Of a stretch of 64,000 nt of DNA, positions 1 to 9,085 are shown piece by piece; position 1 is the stretch's first letter; each line of letters begins with the position of its first letter. The notes beneath the pieces were generated by a model. That model worked only from the letters and a program-made list of their open reading frames with translations. It had not been told where the DNA came from and ran no database searches. A program made the translations under genes and the position numbers. The DNA is from a virus: IMG/VR virus record IMGVR_UViG_3300021335_000003; one strand, given 5' to 3'.

Positions 1-551
1 AATGCTTTCAGTGCTTTAGCCTTACGACCCATATCACCTTTCATATCACCTGCTTCAAACTGATTAACTTCAGTTGGTGACATAAGCATACCTAAACTAT
101 CAACTACAAACAATACCTTAGGACGATCTGCTTCGTCCATTGCACGATAGTCATCCATAAATGTTGAGATAGTTTTAGCAACGTCATCGATCATTGCCAT
201 GTTAAGTTTTAAGATTTTGTCTTCTGTTGTTTCTACACCTAGTGCGTGTAGCCACTTTTCGTCAAGAGCATTTTCACTGTCAATTAGTACAACAAAGATG
301 CCTTGTTCTTGTGCTGACTTTACAATGTTGCCAGACACAATGTAAGACTTGCCTGCACCTGATTCGCCTGCAAACACGCTTACTTTACCTAGTGGAATAC
401 CTCTACGGAAATCACCACTGAGCAGATAGTTAAGTGCAAAGTTGCCTGTGCTGATCCAGTCTTGTGGATCGTTAAAGCCTGCACTCATACCTTTAATAGA
501 TTTTGTTAATGAGTTTCGAAACTTACTAGGATCGAATGCTTTTGTAGCCAT
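1..551 (-). CDS. uvsX: UvsX/RecA-like recombinase (3' end runs off the window; absent from ORF track)
   Basis: Manual translation from ATG at 551: MATKAFDPSKFRNSLTKSIKG...ISTGNFALNYLLSGDFRRGIPLGKVSVFAGESGAGKS (Walker A)...LIDSENALD...VVDSLG; AGGAGG RBS upstream. Confidence 0.93.
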   Translation of the reverse strand, partial: MATKAFDPSKFRNSLTKSIKGMSAGFNDPQDWISTGNFALNYLLSGDFRRGIPLGKVSVFAGESGAGKSYIVSGNIVKSAQEQGIFVVLIDSENALDEKWLHALGVETTEDKILKLNMAMIDDVAKTISTFMDDYRAMDEADRPKVLFVVDSLGMLMSPTEVNQFEAGDMKGDMGRKAKALKA

Positions 552-564
552 ATATACCTCCTAT

Positions 565-596
565 AAAAAAGCGAAGGAAAGGGCCGAAGCCCTTTC
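565..596 (-). terminator. Stem-loop (UUCG loop), probable terminator or processing hairpin between gp32 and uvsX
   Basis: Minus strand GAAAGGGC-TTCG-GCCCTTTC followed after 6 nt by a T6 tract. Confidence 0.7.
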
Positions 597-598
597 TA

Positions 599-1600
599 TT
601 ACTGATTCTGTCTTGCACGGATCATTGCTAGAATGTCTTGTGCGCCACCTGCATCTTCTGTTGCTGGTGCTGCTTCTGCTGCTGGAGCAGGAGCAGGTTC
701 TGGCGTTGCTGCTGGAGCAGGATCTTGCCAACCAGTGTCATTTACAGTTTCTGCTGCTGGAGCAGGTGCAGGAGTTGGTGCAGGTGCTGTTACTGGATCA
801 CCAGTACGTGCTTGCATACCTGCTGGTCGGAAATATTGACTCCAACGATCTGCGTCATATGCTTCACCATCTACACTTGCTTCAAACATCTCAGTTAGAA
901 CTTTAAGTTCTACTTCACCTGGCTTTTTAGGAAGGAAGTCATTGAGATTAAACAATCCATGTGTATTGATTGCTGCCATCTCTGCATCACCCAGCGGACG
1001 CTCTCTACGTGCCCAATTACTTGCGCCGTAGTCTGCATATCCACCTTTTGTACCCTTTGACAAACGGAAATCTACACCAGCAGTATAATCTGTTGGTAAT
1101 TCTTCCATATCTGGGTCCATTAGTGCTGCTTTGATTAGTTGGAAGATTTGTGGACCAATAATAAAACGTCTAATTGGATTATCTGGTGTTGTATCTTCCT
1201 TCAATGGATCATCTGTAACAAAACCTTGGAAGATATATGAACGTTTCTTCCAATACTTACGACCCATGTCTTCAAGACTTGGATCTTTAAACCAACCACG
1301 CACTTCTGCTAGGATTGGACACGATTCACCATACATTTCCATACATGGAACTTGTACCTGTACTGGACGTGAATCTGTTTCGCCTTTTACGCCAGCAAAT
1401 GGAAGTTTAATCATCAAACGTTCTTTCCAAAAGAAAGTGTTTGAATCATCGCCGTCAGGCAAAAAGCGTAGCGTTGCTTGCTCGCCTTCTTTCATATTCC
1501 AAAATGGGTAAATTGCGTTATCGCCACCGCCTGTTCGTTGTCCGCCAGCGCCGGCTTCTTGTTCTTTGAGCTTTGCTCTAATTTCTGCTAATGATGCCAT
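599..1600 (-). CDS. gp32: Single-stranded DNA-binding protein, T4 gp32 family
   Basis: LRFLPD, CPIL...KYWKKRSY...V..DP, G.DF.L.K...YADY motifs; acidic/Pro-Ala C-terminal tail; next to uvsX. Confidence 0.92.
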   Translation of the reverse strand: MASLAEIRAKLKEQEAGAGGQRTGGGDNAIYPFWNMKEGEQATLRFLPDGDDSNTFFWKERLMIKLPFAGVKGETDSRPVQVQVPCMEMYGESCPILAEVRGWFKDPSLEDMGRKYWKKRSYIFQGFVTDDPLKEDTTPDNPIRRFIIGPQIFQLIKAALMDPDMEELPTDYTAGVDFRLSKGTKGGYADYGASNWARRERPLGDAEMAAINTHGLFNLNDFLPKKPGEVELKVLTEMFEASVDGEAYDADRWSQYFRPAGMQARTGDPVTAPAPTPAPAPAAETVNDTGWQDPAPAATPEPAPAPAAEAAPATEDAGGAQDILAMIRARQNQ

Positions 1601-1661
1601 AGTTATGCCTCCTTATATATTGCCTATGTACTTGTGCCTAATTATGTGTAGCACAGTTATA

Positions 1662-1690
1662 ATACTACACAATGTTATTTATCTTGTCAA
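1662..1690 (-). promoter_or_regulatory. Composite promoter for gp32: sigma70 TTGACA-17-TAGTAT with a late ATAAATA box in the spacer
   Basis: Minus strand TTGACA agATAAATAacattgtg TAGTAT. Confidence 0.75.
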
Positions 1691-1726
1691 TGATTTTTTT
1701 GACAATATTTTCAAATAGTTAGCCGA

Positions 1727-3814
1727 TTATCTTAAACCGGCTAACGATGTGATTCTATTTAGTTCTTGTGATTCGTTATTTCCAATAGATTGTATATCTT
1801 GCTTTACAAAATCAATAATGAATTTAGGTTCAACTGGAGCAGCTTTCATTACTCTTATCGCTTCGGGATTATCAACTGGACCTGCCATGGCTTGCCTAAT
1901 TAAGCTCATTTGCTGTTGAGCGTTTACCATTGTTTTGTTGCCGCCGCCTAGTTTTTGAATTTCTCTGCTCATATTGATTAACTCCATATAGAGTTGTATC
2001 AAGAATGCGCCGCCTTGTTTTCCATTGAATGGACGATTTAGATCACTTGCTATTTTATTTTTGAATGCAAGATTTTCATATCTTTGAGAAATTTTCGCAG
2101 CTTTATCAACAAAATCTCTAGGTCTTACACCTTCGGCTCCAATCATACGACTTAAAAAGTTTTCTTCTATATCAACTTGGCCTAGTTTTTTCTGTTGGTA
2201 TTGTTCATACGCTTGGCCTAGACGTTCTATAAACTGACTTGCTGGCTTGACATATTGATCGCCGTAGTCTTTTTCTACACTGGTCAATACTGCTGTTTCG
2301 CCTTTTGGAAACTTGCCTGTTTGTCTATCAAAGTAACTTAGGATAAATTCTCCTAATGGTGTTTTCTTTTCTTTTTCTAGTGTAATATCATCTTCGTCAG
2401 AATCAGGATGATCGATTTTATCGCCTTTTTTCTTGCCGTTCATTTTTGCTTGTCTTACAGCGTGTGCATATGCATTGCCTTCGTCCATATCGCCTTCAAC
2501 TTGCGCACTAAAGTTATCTGCAAATTGTCCTAATAATTTATCAAATGCAGCATCAACTTCAGACTCGGTGTTCATAGATGCTGGTTCATCCAAGTACTTG
2601 AATTTTAGCATTTTTAGTGTTTTTGAATCTCCACCGTCTGCATAAGCACCCAAGTTTTTCAAATGTTCTGCTGCTTCTGTGTCGCCTTCTTGGGCTGCCT
2701 TTTGTAATGCTTTGCCTAATGGAGAATTTGATGCACCTAATTTTTTATACGCTGCATATCCTGCTGCGCCCGCTAGTCCTAGCAATCCTAGTATTACTGG
2801 TAGTGCTTCATCAACTCTTGCTTCTGCAACAATATCATCAAAATTTAATTCATTTGCTTTTGTTGATTCGCCTACTAATTTATAAATGTATGGAAATACA
2901 TCTTTTAATTCTTCGTTGAACTGTTTTACAGTTAATTGATCAATCCAGTTTTCTGCAACTTCATCTGGTACTTCTACTGCATCGCTTGGTTCAAAACTCT
3001 CAAATGCAGTTTTGTAATTTGATGGCTTTTGGAGATTTTGGATAGTTTTCTTTACTGCTACAATACGCTCATTTACTGTATCCATATGTTCAGCAAGACT
3101 TTCTGCCATTACACTGCTACGGCCCATATAAGTTTTGAACTTGCGGAGATTAGATAGTTCTTCACTTAGGCTTGTAATGTGCTTGCCAAAATCGTCAAAA
3201 GGATGACCGCCTTCGCTAACATGAATAGCCATTGCTCTAGCACCACTTAGATGTTTAAATGGATATTTAAATTTTTCGCCTTCTGCGTTTTCAATAAAAA
3301 GAGAACCAATCTTTTTAGTTCTGCTTTCGCCTTCGCCAATTGGACCTGTGTGTTTGATTCTCAATTTAGCATTACCAATTTTTTGGAAACTGGTTTTATC
3401 TGTTCCACGTAGTGCTGATTCATTCATTTTAGTTTCTCCGCGATTTGCTGCCATGTAGCTGTAATCTCTTTGAGTAAAGTTTGATTTGTTAATATCTCTT
3501 ACTTCAAAATTTAATAAACGCTTTTTAGCAAAATTTCTCATACCTTTTAAAAAGTTATACCAATTATCTTCCTCATCAATGCCTGCATTTTCAGTAAAGT
3601 CTTTGTTGTACATAATTGTTACACCTGACTTTTCATCAAGCGATACACTAACTTTACCTAATGAATTGCCGTTGCTTTTATAATCAAATTCATAAAAACG
3701 TGCTTGGTAAGGTTCATTAGTTGTGTTACCTTCTCCATCACCGATTGTTACGCTAGGAAAGCGTCCTCTAATCTCATTAAAAAGTTGTTCTGCTACTACG
3801 TTTAAATCTCTCAT
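1727..3814 (-). CDS. Hypothetical late protein, possible head-internal protein (695 aa)
   Basis: Long ORF with ATAAATA late box at 3822-3828; internal hydrophobic helix; C-terminal RITSLAGL. Confidence 0.6.
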   Translation of the reverse strand: MRDLNVVAEQLFNEIRGRFPSVTIGDGEGNTTNEPYQARFYEFDYKSNGNSLGKVSVSLDEKSGVTIMYNKDFTENAGIDEEDNWYNFLKGMRNFAKKRLLNFEVRDINKSNFTQRDYSYMAANRGETKMNESALRGTDKTSFQKIGNAKLRIKHTGPIGEGESRTKKIGSLFIENAEGEKFKYPFKHLSGARAMAIHVSEGGHPFDDFGKHITSLSEELSNLRKFKTYMGRSSVMAESLAEHMDTVNERIVAVKKTIQNLQKPSNYKTAFESFEPSDAVEVPDEVAENWIDQLTVKQFNEELKDVFPYIYKLVGESTKANELNFDDIVAEARVDEALPVILGLLGLAGAAGYAAYKKLGASNSPLGKALQKAAQEGDTEAAEHLKNLGAYADGGDSKTLKMLKFKYLDEPASMNTESEVDAAFDKLLGQFADNFSAQVEGDMDEGNAYAHAVRQAKMNGKKKGDKIDHPDSDEDDITLEKEKKTPLGEFILSYFDRQTGKFPKGETAVLTSVEKDYGDQYVKPASQFIERLGQAYEQYQQKKLGQVDIEENFLSRMIGAEGVRPRDFVDKAAKISQRYENLAFKNKIASDLNRPFNGKQGGAFLIQLYMELINMSREIQKLGGGNKTMVNAQQQMSLIRQAMAGPVDNPEAIRVMKAAPVEPKFIIDFVKQDIQSIGNNESQELNRITSLAGLR

Positions 3815-3827
3815 TATAAACTATTTA

Positions 3828-5408
3828 TCAATAACTGCTACTAACAAAGATTGGCATTGGCATTTCATAATCGTCTTCATGTTCAATTTGACTGAATGTA
3901 TTATACACCGTTGGATCCCAATCTTTCATTACACTCATTACTCTAAGTGTTAATAATAAACTACTTACCAAATCATCATGATGTCCTGGCTTGGCTTGGA
4001 AACTACTACCTGCTGCAATGTATGCTTTTAATTCGCTAATCAATGCTTTGCTACGCACAGTTAGTTTATCATTTTCTACCATGGTTTTTAGTCTAGCACA
4101 GGCAGTTGTTTTTGAACTGTGCGTTGTGTTAAATCCTTTTCGGAACTTTCTAACATGTCCTTTACGTATTGGTTCGCTGATAAACAATCCTGGAATGTTT
4201 TCTTCACCGAAGTCATTTATTACAAGTAATGCTGCTTCACCAATACCGTTGTTTTCTACACTCCAATAAATGTTGCTAGAAGTTTTCATTTCATCAGCAA
4301 GATATTTACATACATCTGCAAGCACACGTATTTGCCCAGGTATAGCAGTTAGGTTGTGTTGCCATTCTCCTACTTGTTCATAAGTAGGCAATTCAATAAT
4401 TTGTATTGCTGCAAAGTCACCGCCTGTGCCCATACTAGGATCTAGTCCTACTACATATGACTTTTTTGCATCAGGCTTTTTATACCAACGTACTTGCCCC
4501 ATACGTATAATAGGATCTAAGCCTTCCATTGCTGCTAGTTTAATTGAATTAATTAGTGTTTCATCAAATACTAGGAATTCACAACCGTATTCACGTCTAA
4601 ACTTTTCTTCACCAATGCGTCCAATTTCGTCTTTTTTCCATTCTTCGTCGCGGTCTGGATGTTCATGCCATTCTGCTCTGAACGCATGGAAGCCGTTGAT
4701 TCCAACTTCACTATCATTACCGTATTCATCAAAACGTTGTTCTGCTTGTTTCCAAATAGTCGCAAAAGTATCTTCGTCACTGTTTGGTGTGCTAGTAATA
4801 ATAGCACGACCACCTGTTGCTAGTGTAGGTGAAATCGAAGTCCAAAATTCTTCTGCAATATTTGGCTGCACAAATGCAAACTCGTCACAGTATAGTAAAG
4901 AAATTGACATACCACGTCCTGTGTTGCCCGTTGTTGTTTGCGATACAATACGTGATCCGTTTTCAAACTCAATACTACCTTTGTTGTAACTAGTAACACC
5001 TGCTCTAATATGATCTGGGCAAGTTTCATATACAAAACGTATGCGAGACATAATTTCTTGCGCACCTGTGTATTTGTGTGCAGCAATTAATACAGTTTGG
5101 TCTGGATTAAACATTGCATACCAAGCAAGATAGATGGCAGCACAGGTTGTTTTACCTGTTTGTCTTGGCATCATATTAATATTAAATCTATATGAATGAT
5201 AACTGTGCATTAGTCGTAATTGATATTCATAAGGATCAAAAATTAATTTGCCTCTCACAGGATGCTGAATGTGTGCAAAGTGTTTTGCAAAGTGCAAATA
5301 CCCTAGTTCAGGATCCATACAAGCCAGTAAATCTTCAACTTGCTCGTTTGTAAATGTTTCTTGTTTATTGGCTTTTTTAATTAAAACGCCGTCTAATGAA
5401 GCTCCCAT
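3828..5408 (-). CDS. gp17: Terminase large subunit
   Basis: PRQTGKTT Walker A, LLYCDEFAF Walker B, ITSTPN, RNase H-like VGLDPSMG and HDDLV motifs. Confidence 0.97.
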   Translation of the reverse strand: MGASLDGVLIKKANKQETFTNEQVEDLLACMDPELGYLHFAKHFAHIQHPVRGKLIFDPYEYQLRLMHSYHSYRFNINMMPRQTGKTTCAAIYLAWYAMFNPDQTVLIAAHKYTGAQEIMSRIRFVYETCPDHIRAGVTSYNKGSIEFENGSRIVSQTTTGNTGRGMSISLLYCDEFAFVQPNIAEEFWTSISPTLATGGRAIITSTPNSDEDTFATIWKQAEQRFDEYGNDSEVGINGFHAFRAEWHEHPDRDEEWKKDEIGRIGEEKFRREYGCEFLVFDETLINSIKLAAMEGLDPIIRMGQVRWYKKPDAKKSYVVGLDPSMGTGGDFAAIQIIELPTYEQVGEWQHNLTAIPGQIRVLADVCKYLADEMKTSSNIYWSVENNGIGEAALLVINDFGEENIPGLFISEPIRKGHVRKFRKGFNTTHSSKTTACARLKTMVENDKLTVRSKALISELKAYIAAGSSFQAKPGHHDDLVSSLLLTLRVMSVMKDWDPTVYNTFSQIEHEDDYEMPMPIFVSSSY

Positions 5409-5422
5409 AAAAATATTTAGCC

Positions 5423-5449
5423 AAAAAAATAGCGCCCTAAGGCGCTATT
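5423..5449 (-). terminator. Rho-independent terminator
   Basis: Minus strand AATAGCGCC-TTAG-GGCGCTATT then T tract; a TAAATA late box for terminase follows. Confidence 0.75.
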
Positions 5450-5465
5450 GAGTCGGGGGGATGTA

Positions 5466-6662
5466 TTACTTTCTTGCTTCTAATGCTGCACGAAGTTGAG
5501 TTTTAATTTGTTCTTCTAGATCTTCGTCTTCAGTATTCATTGGATTATCACCGCCTGCTGTTGCTGGATACGATCCTTTTTCTTTGTGTAAATCGTTTCC
5601 TGCTGGAATACTTGCACTTACATCATTTGCATATTCTTCATCTGGCTCTGTACTAGCATCTTGGAAATCACCATCGTCTGTTTCTTCTTCCATTGCCTCG
5701 CCTGGTGCCATCATACGAATCATGTCGCCCATTTCTGGCTCTTTTGGTTTTGCACCACAGCCGCCCATTGGTTGACTTGGTCCGTGGATCTTACCGCAAA
5801 TTGGGCAAGGTTTTGGACCTGGATTGATATCATCTGGGCCAACTACTTTTGCACCGTCGGCACCTGCTAGTTGCATCATACGTAGTATTTCTGCTACTTC
5901 GCTTGCATCTGCACCATTGATGTTGATGCTTGCTTCATCTAATTGTTTTTTGTCTGTCATAATTGACTCCTTTACGGCACTCATGTCTACTTTATTTGCA
6001 TCTACAGCAAATCCTGCTGCACCTACCATTCCAGTTGGATTGCCTTCTTTGTCCATCATAATTGGACCGCCGCCTGTGTATTTTCCATTTTTTGCTGTAG
6101 GGTTTACAAAGTAAGTACGCTTTCCATCAGTAATTGCAATTTTTCCTGCTTGCATTCCGTAGCCTGGTAATTTAATTGCTCTCCACGGTTTAGGACCTGC
6201 TGCATAACCAGCAGATTTATTTGTAGGTTGTTGCACATTTACTTTGCTTGGATCTTTATCTGGACTATTTGCATATTTTTCAATCATGCCTCTAGTTTCT
6301 GGACCAACAATACCATCAACTTTTGCACCTGAATTCTGTTGAAATGTTTTAACTGCTTTTTCTGTAGCAGGACCAAAAATACCATCAACTTCAGAACCTG
6401 TCATGCCTAAGTTTATTTGTAATTGCTTAACACCTTCGCCTCTGCTGCCACGTTTCATAATTTGATTATAATCTGCGCCTTGCGGTGCTGGTTTAGCTGC
6501 TGCTGGTTGTTTATCTGGATCTTTCCAAGCGCCTGTTTGTGCATCATTAACAGCCTGTGCTGCTGCCTTTTTTGCTTTTTCTTTTTCTAGTCCCATACCG
6601 ACTAGTGCGCCCATTAATGCAATTGCTAATGGATTTTCTGTTAATACTTCTTTACGTTTCAT
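5466..6662 (-). CDS. Peptidoglycan-binding-domain protein with acidic C-terminus
   Basis: PG_binding_1 signature KRGSRGEGVKQLQ...VDGIFGPATEKAVKTFQQ...VDGIVGPETR; CPICGKIH motif. Confidence 0.75.
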   Translation of the reverse strand: MKRKEVLTENPLAIALMGALVGMGLEKEKAKKAAAQAVNDAQTGAWKDPDKQPAAAKPAPQGADYNQIMKRGSRGEGVKQLQINLGMTGSEVDGIFGPATEKAVKTFQQNSGAKVDGIVGPETRGMIEKYANSPDKDPSKVNVQQPTNKSAGYAAGPKPWRAIKLPGYGMQAGKIAITDGKRTYFVNPTAKNGKYTGGGPIMMDKEGNPTGMVGAAGFAVDANKVDMSAVKESIMTDKKQLDEASININGADASEVAEILRMMQLAGADGAKVVGPDDINPGPKPCPICGKIHGPSQPMGGCGAKPKEPEMGDMIRMMAPGEAMEEETDDGDFQDASTEPDEEYANDVSASIPAGNDLHKEKGSYPATAGGDNPMNTEDEDLEEQIKTQLRAALEARK

Positions 6663-7213
6663 GATAACACCGCCTTACTGTTTTCAGCATCGCCGATATC
6701 TTTGCTATCACCTGCAGGTGCTTCACCAACGTAATCGTTGTCTCTTTCTTTACGTGCTGTTTCTAATTCCTTCAACAAGTTCATTACACGATCTGAGCCT
6801 GCGTCTGCTTGTGCGCTTTCACCGCCCATATCTTCTTGAGTCAATTTTGCTGTGTATTCGTCTTTTGCATCTTCTTGCTGATATAGTTCTTGTGGTTCGT
6901 TTGGATTACGTACAATAATGTGACTTTGAGGAACACTGCATACACCGCCTAAGTATTCTTGTAATACTTGTACAGTTGTTGGGTATGTTAGTTCAACTTC
7001 ATAGTACATTACATCTGTGTTTTCTAACTGTGGAAAATCTAATGGACGCTCTTGAATTGGAGTTTTCTTGCCAGCTGACATTTTTGTAATGCCAAACTTT
7101 TGCAATCCTGTTTCAATCATGTCCTCGCATCCGTCAGGTCTATCACCTGCGATGCCAATTTTAAATTCATATGTTTTCTTTGATTCTGTTAAATAATCAG
7201 CAAAATTTTTCAT
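6659..7213 (-). CDS. Hypothetical late protein, candidate head-internal protein
   Basis: Late box at 7237-7243; N-terminus MKNFADYLTES resembles the T4 capsid-targeting sequence. Confidence 0.6.
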   Translation of the reverse strand: MKNFADYLTESKKTYEFKIGIAGDRPDGCEDMIETGLQKFGITKMSAGKKTPIQERPLDFPQLENTDVMYYEVELTYPTTVQVLQEYLGGVCSVPQSHIIVRNPNEPQELYQQEDAKDEYTAKLTQEDMGGESAQADAGSDRVMNLLKELETARKERDNDYVGEAPAGDSKDIGDAENSKAVLS

Positions 7214-7235
7214 TGACGTATCCTAAACTATAATA

Positions 7236-7715
7236 CTATTTATCTTTATCTATGCCTTTTAGACGTTCAAGCAGACTGTTTCTATCTGTTACCACATAGC
7301 CTTCACCGCTTACAATATCACCATCTCCGGGTCCGCTGTCTCTATCCATTTTTTCTTTTTTAAGTTGTAGCTCAACCATTTTAAGTTTTTTATCTAGTTT
7401 TGCAACTTTTGCATCTAAACTGGTTTTTAACATTGTGCCAGCAACTTCAAAAACTCTGCCACTGTAACGACTTTCTACATTCATACCTAAATCCATCAAG
7501 TCGTCATACGCAGTCATTGCTTTGTCTGCAACTTCATTTAATTCTTTGTCTGCCATATCGCCTAAGCCTTTTACAGCAGGCAATGCACTTGCTATTTTAT
7601 CAAACTCGGCTATATCTCTAAATGTGTCTTCGTGCTGGACAACTGGCGTAGGTTCTTCTTCTTTGAGATCCTCGTTGTCAGGCAAATTTAACATTTCTTC
7701 AAGTTTTTTAGTCAT
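7236..7715 (-). CDS. Putative terminase small subunit (gp16-like)
   Basis: Size, helical/coiled-coil character (RVFEVAGTMLKTSLDAK...KLKMVELQLKK) and position upstream of the large terminase. Confidence 0.55.
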   Translation of the reverse strand: MTKKLEEMLNLPDNEDLKEEEPTPVVQHEDTFRDIAEFDKIASALPAVKGLGDMADKELNEVADKAMTAYDDLMDLGMNVESRYSGRVFEVAGTMLKTSLDAKVAKLDKKLKMVELQLKKEKMDRDSGPGDGDIVSGEGYVVTDRNSLLERLKGIDKDK

Positions 7716-7740
7716 AATTGTTATCCATTAAATGCTAGTA

Positions 7741-8277
7741 TTATTTACCCCAGTTTTTATCAGTGTTCATATATGCGGTTATAGTTGCACGCCAATCATT
7801 GCCACTTTCGTAACTGTGCCACGTTTCTCCGTTATTACCAGCAAACACTAAACAACGTCCTGGCTTCCATGGTATTTCTATTTTATCAGTTTGATCAGGA
7901 GAACTCATTACATATGTACCGATACTTTCTTCTGGTCCAATATATGTTACAAAAGTCCAAACTTTGGTTTCATCATCACAATGAGGCTGAAAACTATAAC
8001 CGGCTGGATTAATTGCCAAATGACCTAACGGATATGTTTTTCCTTTCCTAGGAGACTGATAATTTAATTTACGTATTAGCCTTGGCATTTTTCTAATTGC
8101 TAGTTCTAATATTTCGCTTTGAGTTTGCGGCAGATTATCAATATTATAATGTTGTTTAGAATTGTGTTTTTCAATATGACTTTTAGAAAAATCTTGTAAT
8201 GTTTTTACCTGCTGATAGTCTAAAAAATCATCTATAATCCAATGTTTCCAAGGGTTATTATTTTCGTTTATATTCAT
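7741..8277 (-). CDS. 2OG-Fe(II) oxygenase superfamily protein
   Basis: HxD (PHCDD), distal His (TWHSY) and Arg (WRATI); IIDDFL N-terminal strand. Confidence 0.8.
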   Translation of the reverse strand: MNINENNNPWKHWIIDDFLDYQQVKTLQDFSKSHIEKHNSKQHYNIDNLPQTQSEILELAIRKMPRLIRKLNYQSPRKGKTYPLGHLAINPAGYSFQPHCDDETKVWTFVTYIGPEESIGTYVMSSPDQTDKIEIPWKPGRCLVFAGNNGETWHSYESGNDWRATITAYMNTDKNWGK

Positions 8278-8711
8278 CTTCTACGTCCTTGATGGAAAAT
8301 GTCGCCTTCATTTACAACTCTAAAATACATTCCTTTTTGCTTACAATAAGCTCTAGCTGCTCCCCACTTGGCTTGGTTTAACACATAGTGTGCTTTATTA
8401 GCTCTGCTATTGCCAATTTGTTCTTTTACAGTTTGGTTGGCAGGTTTTACTTCAATAAGTTCAACATGTTGTTTGCCATTTCTATCGGCATATACAATAA
8501 AAAAATCAGGTACATAAATTGTATGTTTGCCTGTGAATGGATTTCTATAGGGTATTTTTATTGCTTCACTTGCCCATTGTGATATATTATCGTTTGTATC
8601 ACACATACGCATAAATGCAAATTCCCAACTGCTACGATATGTAGGAGTTCGACCGCCAATATATTTGTCAGGGTTTTTGAGAGTAAATTTACCTTGGGCA
8701 AAACGTCCCAT
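8274..8711 (-). CDS. gp4: Head completion nuclease (T4 gp4 / TnsA-like PD-(D/E)xK fold)
   Basis: GKF..KNPDKYIG...YRSSWE...WASE..IPY...YVPDF...IEVKP...NQAKW.AA. Confidence 0.9.
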   Translation of the reverse strand: MGRFAQGKFTLKNPDKYIGGRTPTYRSSWEFAFMRMCDTNDNISQWASEAIKIPYRNPFTGKHTIYVPDFFIVYADRNGKQHVELIEVKPANQTVKEQIGNSRANKAHYVLNQAKWGAARAYCKQKGMYFRVVNEGDIFHQGRRR

Positions 8712-9085
8712 TACACTCTCACATTTCGATTTTCTGTGGTTTCGATTGTATAATTGTTTTTATAACCTAGAGCACTAATTTTACTACGGTTATTGTTAAG
8801 TATTGCACTTACTAATTGACTTAATTGAACTTCTGTTAAACCTGTTAATGTATCGATAAGTTGAAAAACATTTTTGTTTTCTGCTTTTGCTTGTTGTATA
8901 ATCACAGTAGCAACTGCAATTGATGCATCTTTTGTAAATTTTCTTTTTGTAAAAAATCCAACAACAGTATCAACTTCATTACTAGTGATGTTAATTTGTT
9001 TTGTAAAATATCTATCAAAGAGTTGTCTAACTTCTTTGCCACTGTCTGTTTTTTTATTTTGTTCTTCTGCTGCGTAACTGCTCAT
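8711..9085 (-). CDS. Hypothetical protein
   Basis: ORF translationally coupled to both neighbours. Confidence 0.7.
   Translation of the reverse strand: MSSYAAEEQNKKTDSGKEVRQLFDRYFTKQINITSNEVDTVVGFFTKRKFTKDASIAVATVIIQQAKAENKNVFQLIDTLTGLTEVQLSQLVSAILNNNRSKISALGYKNNYTIETTENRNVRV

Noticed and set aside
227-906. Plus-strand ORFs 227-421 and 442-906
   Set aside because: Antisense to uvsX and gp32, which are clearly recognisable on the minus strand.
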